Origin: a virus
Taxonomy: Duplodnaviria > Caudoviricetes
Reading direction: 5' to 3' (one strand)
IMG/VR virus record: IMGVR_UViG_3300021255_000040
Coordinates: 59,181-123,180 of that record
DNA length: 64,000 bases
The position numbers and the translations under genes are program-made. Under the pieces are notes generated by a model. It had not been told where the DNA came from. It saw only the letters and a program-made list of their open reading frames with translations, and ran no database searches. Shown in pieces: positions 28,827 through 37,700 of this stretch (positions are counted from its first letter, which is position 1; the number at the start of each line of letters is the position of its first letter).

Positions 28827-29081
28827 ATGAAAGTAAAAGTAGAAACATACAAACTAGTCTGTGACAGCTGTGGTGAGACCTTTGAGAATGGTAACGGCTT
28901 TACTTGCTATACAGATGATCCTGATGGCTCTCTGATATGGGGAGATGCCAGTGCCTCTAATTGGCTTAAGGTAGGAGACAAGCACTATTGCTCTGACTGT
29001 TGGAACTGGGATGATGATGACAACATCATAACTAAGGATGGAAAAAAGTTTAATGGTGAAACTTATGAAGAAATAGTATGA
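28827..29081 (+). CDS. Small zinc-finger protein
   Basis: CDSC...HYCSDC. Confidence 0.65.
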   Translation: MKVKVETYKLVCDSCGETFENGNGFTCYTDDPDGSLIWGDASASNWLKVGDKHYCSDCWNWDDDDNIITKDGKKFNGETYEEIV

Positions 29082-29434
29082 GTAAAAATATAACCCTATC
29101 CCCTAAACATGGGGTAAATCCCTCAGTAACTCACTGCGAGTGCTGTGGAAAAGAGATTGGTCTGGCCTTATTTGGCAGACTCAAAGGAGATGTAGAAGCT
29201 CCTAGAGATGTAGCAATGGGACTCTGTGATGACTGCAAGAAGGTCATTGATGCCCAAGGCTTAATGATTATTGAAGTCAGAGATGGAGAGTCTGGAAAGA
29301 ATCCCTATCGCACTGGCAGACTTGTAGGTATCACCAAAGATGCCAAGGAGAGAATGTTCAAGGACATTGACTCTCCTATTTGCTATATGGAACAATCTAT
29401 GTTTAGTCCTATGTTTGGAGACTATTGTAAGTAG
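29078..29434 (+). CDS. Zinc-finger protein (KHGVNPS..CECCG)
   Basis: Two CxxC pairs; ATGA overlap. Confidence 0.65.
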   Translation: MSKNITLSPKHGVNPSVTHCECCGKEIGLALFGRLKGDVEAPRDVAMGLCDDCKKVIDAQGLMIIEVRDGESGKNPYRTGRLVGITKDAKERMFKDIDSPICYMEQSMFSPMFGDYCK

Positions 29435-29436
29435 CA

Positions 29437-29934
29437 ATGATAGAACTAAATTCTAAAATTCAACAGGACTTCCTTAATAGGGAGTGGGTTCAGAAACTCT
29501 TAGATGCTGAAGTGGATATGTCTGATGCTAAGTACTGTATTGCTAAATATCATAATTATGATGTAGTATTTTACAAAAATAGTATATTTACTACCAGTGA
29601 AACAGTTACTAACATTATTCCAACCTACACAGTCTCAGAACTGTTGTATAAGCTGCATGAATGGAGATATCCTACCATTGATGGCAAAGAGTACTCTGGT
29701 GGTCTTAAAATGATAAAAGATGCTCCCTTTTATATCTGCTGGTATGACTTAGGCAGAAATGAGAAAAGGCAGACAGTAGATGGAGAAGAGACTGTAAGAG
29801 TTAAAGGCCCAGAGAATTACATCTATGCAGAATTTGAGTATCCTATTGAATCTTTTGCTTCTCTCTTGATCCAATGTCATAAGAAAGACATTGGCATTAA
29901 AACAAAAGATACAGGAAACATAAGTGATAAGTAA
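29437..29934 (+). CDS. Hypothetical protein
   Basis: Packed ORF. Confidence 0.6.
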   Translation: MIELNSKIQQDFLNREWVQKLLDAEVDMSDAKYCIAKYHNYDVVFYKNSIFTTSETVTNIIPTYTVSELLYKLHEWRYPTIDGKEYSGGLKMIKDAPFYICWYDLGRNEKRQTVDGEETVRVKGPENYIYAEFEYPIESFASLLIQCHKKDIGIKTKDTGNISDK

Positions 29935-29935
29935 T

Positions 29936-30139
29936 ATGAAATACAAGTTTAAAGCGAAAGACCTGAAGACTGGAGAGCTGGTTGAAGGTGATTTAGTTTA
30001 TGCAAAACAGGTCTATTATGGTAAACCTGTGGTTGTTAAGCCTATGATTGTTGAGTTTAATATTCATGGAGGTATTATGTGGACTAGACAAAGACATTTC
30101 ATTGATGAAAGTACAATTGAACTAATAAAAGAAGAATAA
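29936..30139 (+). CDS. YopX-N-like small protein
   Basis: KFKAKDLKTGELVEGDL...IDESTI. Confidence 0.55.
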   Translation: MKYKFKAKDLKTGELVEGDLVYAKQVYYGKPVVVKPMIVEFNIHGGIMWTRQRHFIDESTIELIKEE

Positions 30140-30140
30140 T

Positions 30141-30290
30141 ATGACAGAACAAGATGTAAGAAAACAAATGGAAGAAGGTTTTGCTAAAGTTCAGCCTAAA
30201 GTTGCTGAAATGACAAATACCCTTATGGACTGTTATCAATTAGGATTTAAGACGTGCTGGAAACTACTAACAGGACAAGATTGGGTATGA
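30141..30290 (+). CDS. Small hypothetical protein (49 aa, MTEQDVRKQM...)
   Basis: Fills the gap; ATGA-coupled to the next gene. Confidence 0.6.
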   Translation: MTEQDVRKQMEEGFAKVQPKVAEMTNTLMDCYQLGFKTCWKLLTGQDWV

Positions 30291-30541
30291 CAGCTAAAGA
30301 TTATATTGATAATAAATCTATTCATGTAGATAGAAGTTCTATCTTTGAGCTAAAATTTGGAGAATATATTCCAAGTGATAAGGCCTATAAAGCTGTAGAT
30401 ATAGCAAAGAATGAGTTTGCTGAAAGTATTATTAGAATGATTAATAACTATCAAGAGCAAAATACCAAAGGAAATATAACAGAGTATGTGAAATCCTATT
30501 GTGAAGGATATTGTGAAGGTATAATTAATTTTATTCAATAA
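30287..30541 (+). CDS. Hypothetical protein
   Basis: Start at the ATG at 30287. Confidence 0.55.
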   Translation: MTAKDYIDNKSIHVDRSSIFELKFGEYIPSDKAYKAVDIAKNEFAESIIRMINNYQEQNTKGNITEYVKSYCEGYCEGIINFIQ

Positions 30542-30553
30542 AACATTAACATT

Positions 30554-30841
30554 ATGTATACAGTAACAGTACATCACCATGATAAAGATTGGAGAAATGG
30601 TGATTTAGAAGATAAGTTTGAGTTAATTGACAGCAGGAACTTCAAGACCATGAAGGATGCTAAGATATGGATAGTCAAGGAGCTTTCAAGAAGGTCTGGT
30701 ACTACCCGTACTGAATGGCACAAAGGCGACAGACCCTCTTATGGCTTCTGCTTCACAGGAGTAACATGGCAACATGAGAACTCTGGTGAGCAGATGGAAG
30801 AATATTATCAGTACACATTAAGGAAAGGTAAACTGAATTGA
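30554..30841 (+). CDS. Hypothetical protein
   Basis: Packed ORF. Confidence 0.6.
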   Translation: MYTVTVHHHDKDWRNGDLEDKFELIDSRNFKTMKDAKIWIVKELSRRSGTTRTEWHKGDRPSYGFCFTGVTWQHENSGEQMEEYYQYTLRKGKLN

Positions 30842-30842
30842 T

Positions 30843-31031
30843 ATGCCACAATATTGTCATGATTATCTTCATTGCAGTCAAAAAGATTGTAAGAAAAAGG
30901 ATGCTTGTTGGAGATACTGGTTAGGTCAGGAGATTAAAAATACTGAGTACCAGTATGCTTCTTTCTATATGCCTCAAAATAAAGAGGATATTGATAATTG
31001 CAGGTATTATGAACCATTAAATGAACATTGA
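30843..31031 (+). CDS. Small Cys-rich protein
   Basis: D..HC....C.....CWRY motif. Confidence 0.6.
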   Translation: MPQYCHDYLHCSQKDCKKKDACWRYWLGQEIKNTEYQYASFYMPQNKEDIDNCRYYEPLNEH

Positions 31032-31033
31032 CT

Positions 31034-31600
31034 ATGGCAAATATGGCAAGTGTGGCTTATGCCATTGAAGGGCCACAAAAGAACTTAGAAGAAATCCTTA
31101 GAGCTATTTGTCTGGCAATGACAGATAAAGAGCACTGGACTGAGTATAAAGCTTGTGAACATCTTGGATTCACTGAGCAGGAACTTGATGGTAAGAGACT
31201 TGGAGGTGAGATAGAGGATGAACCTACTTTTGATAATGGAGTCTTGAGATTCTATGCTGAAGAAAAATGGGGTTTACAGGACTTTGAAGAGCTGCTGAGA
31301 CAGAAGTTCCCTGACATCAAGGTCTATTGGACTGTTGAGGAGTGTGGCTGTGAGGTCTATTGCACCAATGATAAGGAAGGTAAGTACTTTCGTGAAAGAT
31401 ACTGGGTAGATACTGCACAGGATGATATTTATCAGTCAGAGTACTTCATCACAGAGGAAGCTATGTGGAAGTGGCTCAGTGAAAAGTATGGAGTCAAGTC
31501 AAAGGAAGAAGTAGAAGCTTGGAACCAAGACTATGAAGCTACAGGTGATGAGTGTGAGAACTTCATCTATATTCATGAGTTTGATGTAGTGGAGGACTAG
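31034..31600 (+). CDS. Acidic protein with possible ferredoxin-like (DUF1281/YubB-like) fold
   Basis: MAN...W......L..KFPD...Y..EE.GC pattern. Confidence 0.55.
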   Translation: MANMASVAYAIEGPQKNLEEILRAICLAMTDKEHWTEYKACEHLGFTEQELDGKRLGGEIEDEPTFDNGVLRFYAEEKWGLQDFEELLRQKFPDIKVYWTVEECGCEVYCTNDKEGKYFRERYWVDTAQDDIYQSEYFITEEAMWKWLSEKYGVKSKEEVEAWNQDYEATGDECENFIYIHEFDVVED

Positions 31601-31605
31601 ATAAT

Positions 31606-31641
31606 AGGAAGGGAATAGTAATAGCTATTCCCTTTCTTTTT
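31606..31641 (+). terminator. Intrinsic terminator ending the replication/accessory operon
   Basis: aagggaatag-taatag-ctattccctt followed by a T-tract. Confidence 0.8.
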
Positions 31642-31712
31642 GAATACTTACAAAAATTATAAGTCATATAAAGACTTTAATTAAACAAACCCTTTAGATA
31701 ATAAGAATAGAT

Positions 31713-31720
31713 TACCTTTG
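31713..31720 (+). promoter_or_regulatory. TAnnTTTG promoter box for the RNAP gene
   Basis: TACCTTTG 28 nt before the ATG at 31749. Confidence 0.7.
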
Positions 31721-31748
31721 CCACAAAATCAAATTAAACGTTTAATTT

Positions 31749-34700
31749 ATGGTATGTGTAGATAAAAAAAGCCCTGAGTTCCTGAGGTTAGCCAGACGCA
31801 TGAATCTGGATGCTAACATACTGGAGCAAATCATACATAAATACTACAGAGAGTCTGGTCAGGAGGAGCTTTTCCCCACTGATGTGTATGTCAATGCTCA
31901 GTTAGGGAGAACTCAGTACGAGGAGGCTATGCCCACTGTCAGACAGTTTTGGGAAAATGCTTACAGTCAGCCTAAGACTTTCAGTTCTGAAGGTGAATAC
32001 AAACGAGCTTGGGTTCAGGCTATCAATTATTTTCCTAAGGAAGCTATTGTCAATTACAAAGATACTAATGGCAACTTTATTCTGGCAGTAAGGAGACCTG
32101 TGGAAAAGCTTGAGAAAAACTCCAAGGGAATGATGATTGTGACTGATGCAGAAGGTAACAGACTGCCTATGCTGTCACATCAAGAAGCCAGGGATTATGC
32201 ATTAATTACCAGTCAATTGTTGCCTGATTCAGAAAAAAGTAGTACTTTTGCAGCTGATATGCGAAGTGTAACTGAAAACCAGGACTACATCTCAGATTCT
32301 CTGGATGCAGCAATGAAGACTGGTAGGTGGAATGACCAAGCTATAAAGGATTTAGAGAAACTAATTAAAAAGATACAAGATGGAGAAGTTGATTTTAAGC
32401 GAACAGTGGGAGAAAGATTCTCCTTCACGAAAGGCATCTCTGAAGCACATGCAGCAGCATCCCTTATCACAAGAGGATCTTATGGAGCAAGTCAAGCAAA
32501 ATCAGGAGCTGCGAAAGAAATATATGACAGAGATGCAGCCCAAGGCAGGCAGCAAGAAAGGCTGATAGAAGCATGGGCAAAGGCAGCTGACCTTTGGGTT
32601 AATGACTATACAGATGCACAAGGCCATAAAGCTAATAGTCTTGAGGGCTTAATGCACAGTCAATGGCAGTATATGGATCAGGCATCTGAAGCTGAAGTAT
32701 TCAGATATGATGATACTCAAGTCATTAAGTCAATTAGTCTGTCACACTCCAATGACAATGTGGCTAAGCTACTTGACAGAATAGCTCTTTTCAATCAACT
32801 ATTCCCTGAGACAGCTCTTACCATTCAAGGATTTGGCAGAGACAAGCTGGGACACTTCAGGGTTATTGCCACTCAGAATCTTATTAATGGTAAGGAGCTG
32901 ACTGATGAACAGCTCAAGAAGTTCCATGATAAGTATAAGCTTAAGGAGCAGGGTGCTTGGTTTGTCACTCCTGATGGTACAGCTCTTATCAATGACTTGA
33001 CCAATGCCAATGTCATGATTGATGAGCAGGGTAACTATTATGTCATTGATGCTGATGTAGTCTTCAACACTCCTGAAATGGGTGGTAAGGTTCTTTTTGA
33101 TAATTCCTTTGAGTTTCATCAGAAAGAAAGACCTGCCAGAAAGGAACGTCAGGTGATTGGCCCACAGCCATTTACATTTAATGATGGTACTGTAGTTACT
33201 GTTCCCTTCAAGCCCAATGAGCAACAGGCAGAGGCTCTAAATGCCATGAATGACTTCCTCAACTCTGATGAGACTACCATGACTCTATCAGGTTATGCTG
33301 GTACTGGTAAGACCTCGCTCATGGAGATTATTGCTCAGAAGGCAAAGAGACAGCATAAACCCATCATGTTCAGTGCTACCACCAACAAGGCTGCTGCTGT
33401 CTTGAAAGCAAGAGTCTCTAAGGCAGGTTTTGATGCTCAGACACTGAACAAGGTATTTGGTATTAATGTAGAAGTTGATTCTTCCAAGGCTTATAATGCA
33501 AGGAACCTGGTTACTGCTTTGAGAGATGCTGACATCATGCCTGGCACTACAGTAGTCATTGATGAAGCCTCTATGATTAATGAGGAGAACTATAGAATCC
33601 TCAACAGAATAGCCCGTGAGAATGGTCTGAAGATTATCTATGTTGGTGATAAGGCACAGCTTGCTCCAGTCAATGAGACTCAGGTCTCTAAGGTATTTAG
33701 AAACTCTGAAGGCAGGGTTGTAGAGCTTACTCAGGTAGAGCGTACTGATGACAATGCTATCCTTAAGGAAGCTACTAACATCCGCAATGGCCTGCCTCTG
33801 TCTGGTGAATCTAGTTTCAATGAAAGAGGTGAAGGTGTAGGGTATCTTACTCCTAAAAGCCGTGATGAGATTGGTAAAGTTATCAGGCACTACATCCAAG
33901 GACTCAAGGATAATCCTAACTTCTTCAGGATTCTGGCTTATACTAATAAAAAGGTAACAGAGTACAATGACTTTGTGAGAACTCTCCTTGGTTACACAGA
34001 CCCTATTCCTCATGTTGGTGAACCTCTGACAGGTTACAATAACTGGGGTTATGACTGGAGAACTAAGAGTTATAGATTCATTAACTCTGAGAGCTATAAA
34101 GTTACAAGAGTTGGCAAACCTGCACAGTCTAAAATTTCTGTGAATGGTCAGGAGTTTACTATGACCTATGTTCCTGTTACTATGGAGAACTCTCTTGGTG
34201 AGAGTGACACCTTTAATTATATGGATATTAAGGGTAATCAGGAGAATAGACAAGCAGCTCTTCAACTGGCTACTCAGAAGAAAACTCTGTGGGAGCAATA
34301 TAGACGTGCTGTTGGTAGAGAGGCTAAAAGTAACATCTTATCCCAGATTAACTCTATTGACCAGTTCCTCTTTGTCAATGACAATATTGAAGACCCAACT
34401 ACTCATAATCTGCTCCAGCCTAAGACTGTAGATTTTGGTTATGCCCTAACTATCCATAAGTCCCAGGGGTCTACTTTCACTCATGTTCTCATGGATGATA
34501 TTGATGTGGCAAAAGCAGGCAACACATTAAACAATGCTGCCAATGCTATGTCTGTAGTTGACTTGGGTGATGCAGGAATGGTTGCTGATGCTTCTATGGA
34601 AATGAGGGGCTCTGAGGATGTTGACTTAGGTGATTTGTCCTCAGTTCCTGCTGAAGAGCCATCTAGTAGTAATCCTAATATTGCTAATGTTCGTCAGCAG

Positions 34701-37700
34701 TTGGAATATGTAGGTGTATCAAGGGCTACCAATACTGTCACTATTATATCTAATAATGTAAAGACAGAAGGCAGTCCTTTGACTCCTCAGAACTTGATTA
34801 GTAAAGAGGACAGTAATCCTTCTAACAATGAGGTTCAAGGAGAGAATATTGCCTCCAATGGCTCAGAGTTTGCCAAGAAACTTACCAATCCAGGCAATAA
34901 CTTGCAGGTAGAGTACAAAGGCAAGACCTTTAGGAATGCAGAACATGCCTATCAGACATGGAAGTCTGGAGAATTTGATGAAGTAGCTTATAATAGTACA
35001 GCTTTCAAGTCTAAAGGTAGTAAACCTGCCAACAAACAGACTAACTATCAGACTATGGTAGATATACTCAAGGCTAAACTCCAGCAACATCCAGAACTGG
35101 TTGAAGGAATTACACAGAGAGGCGGAGAGGAATACCTTAAAGCCTCTACCCATAAGGTTACTGGTGACAAGTATTGGGAATCTACAGGCCAAAATAAGTT
35201 CATCGAGGCTCTTACTGAAGCTTACAATGCAATAAACCAAGGAGATAACCGTTCTAATGAAAAGACCAATCTGATTGCAGCAACTATTGGTCCATATTTC
35301 AATACTTCCTATGAGGATTATATGGCTATGGTTCCTGAGAAACAAAAGGAGATGAGAGAAGCCTTTGCTAAAGCTGCTCATGAAGTAGCAAAAGCATTGG
35401 GCATTCCTCTTGATATGAAGCAGGCTTCTTTCAATATTGGAGGCTATGAGTTTGAAGATGGAAGTTCTGTTATAGAACCGAGTTTTACTTTTAGATTTGG
35501 AAAAGATGCTACTCCCGAACAGGTAAGAATGTTTGCAGCTCTCATGGGAGATTTAGGATATGAACAACAAGAAGCTGTAGTTACTAGTTGGGATGTAGCA
35601 AATGAAGAAGAAAGGGATGGTGATAGACACTTTATTGAATTCAAAGAAGAGGAACTGCCACTACTTAAGCAGTTTGGAATTAAAAATTTTACCTTTGATA
35701 AAACAAGAGGTGTTTTGTCTGTCCTAAGTTTTGATACCAAAGATGTAGAGAATTTTTATAAATTAGTAGAAACTATAAAACAAAAAGAGAATGGACTTGA
35801 AGAAACTCAAAGAAGAAACCCCAGAAGAGCGTCGTTTAAGACTTTCTATGATGAGAAAGAAGGAAGAAGAGCTTTGTACGAAGCTTGGAGTGTCAATGCC
35901 AAAGACAGAAGTGCCGAAGAAGGAAGACCCTCTGGAAGTGACAATCTCGTTCAAGAAGCACTAGAAAAGCTTCAAAATAGAGAGTTACCCATTGATAGAG
36001 AAACTCCTACTGAACAACCACAGAAAGTGTCTCTACCCAGCTATGAATATTTCATGGACAGGTATGAAGATACTACTGTGGATGCTGTTTGGAAGATTCC
36101 ATTGCTTCAGCAGTTAGATTCACAACTGACTACTGAACTGACTCCTGAAGAGAATAATGAGATTCTTGACAGAATGACAAGGATTCTTGAGGCAAAGTCT
36201 CAGGAGGATTTGTTGGACTTGCAAACTGAAGAACCTAAAGAAAAGAAAACAGTGGAACAAAACCTCACTGAGTTTGAGAAGATGACCCAACAGATTAATA
36301 ACCTGTTGGACAGTAACATCATCTCTGCTTCTGAGATTAGACATGTGGCTGAACTGGTGGTTAACTCCATCAGTGACACCATTACTATTCTACAGAAGGA
36401 AGATGGTGCTGCTGAGAAGTTCTTCCCTAACATTGAGACCAAGATTGACTTTAAGACAGCTTCTCGTAAGGATATAGTTGAAGCCATTGGTATTAATAAC
36501 CTCATTCACAGAGCCAAGCAGCAGTTTGACCCTGAACAGAATGACTATGAGGACTTTGATACCATTGACCAGGCTGACCTTATTATAGACAACTGGGATG
36601 CCATTATGACTCTTGCTGCTGATACCTTTGCTATGACTGAGGGATTTGGTATCATGAGAAATTATGACAATGGTGGCTTCAACACTACTCAGGCTTCTAC
36701 CATTGACTATGATAACTTCAATGATTATAGCAACGACTCAGATGCTATGGCTGAATCAGAGAAGGATGAACAGGAGCATTGGCAGGTAGAGCAGAGAACT
36801 ATTGATGTGCTGAACTCTATGTCACAACTGGTAAGACTTGCCCTGCATGACTGCTACCAGATGGACAAGGATGGCAATAAGGTAATGAGTAAATGGGGCA
36901 TTGCTGAAAGAGTAAATCCACGTCAGGCAGTAAACAGCATTCTCAGATGGACTCAAGGAGCATTGTCTCTTGAGGATATGATTCAAAGGATGCAGAACAA
37001 AGCCACTCAGAATCCTTGGCTCAATCAGTTAGTAGAGAGGCTCTCAGACAAGAGTGGTCAAGAAGCTGACTTCCAGAGCCAGTTCTTTGGGGTATTCTCT
37101 AAGCACTTCCAGCCATACTCTGTAGTTCTGCTTGAGGATGGTAAGTATCACAGCATTCCTGTGAACTCTCATCCTGCACTCTCTGAGGCTATGCAGACTA
37201 TCACTACTCAGTTTAAGATTGGTGAGCATCCTTTGTTTACTGACAAGGGCATCAATGTGAAACTACTGGGTACTGAAAGAACTACATTCCCTGAAGCAGA
37301 TTTCAATTTGCATAAGGCTCTGAGTAATCTCCAGACCATCCAAGACAGGCTGAATCATGGTGAGCAATTCTCTGACAAGATAGCCAAGGATGCAACAGCT
37401 GAGATTATGGGTGTTTGCAGAGTACTGGGTTATCCTGTTACTGAGGAAATGCTTTCAGAGGCTATCAATGAGGAGAAGCTGAAGTACATGACAGACAAGC
37501 TTTACCACATGGTGAAGTCTTTGGATGCAGCACTGGAAGCTCAGAGAAGAGAGCCTAACAAGCAGTATAATCCATTTGCATTTGGTACTGACAATAGCAT
37601 TGGTGGTACTTTGAGAAACTTCCTCACTCCTATTACAGATACTCTGGAGGATACTGCTGTAAGTGCTTTCTATGACTCAGGCAAGATGTATCAGAGTTAT

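Noticed and set aside
33288-34298. 336-aa antisense ORF and the many other antisense ORFs in the track
   Set aside because: They mirror the sense frame, are I/L/S-rich shadows of codon bias, and lack promoters or leaders.
34168-34431. Same-strand 87-aa ORF inside the helicase domain, and similar ORFs such as 1127-1402, 15150-15416, 19654-19920 and 37948-38178
   Set aside because: L/M/V/R-rich composition expected from T-ending codons read in +1, with no A-rich leader or promoter, unlike the nested ORFs at 32380 and 35791.
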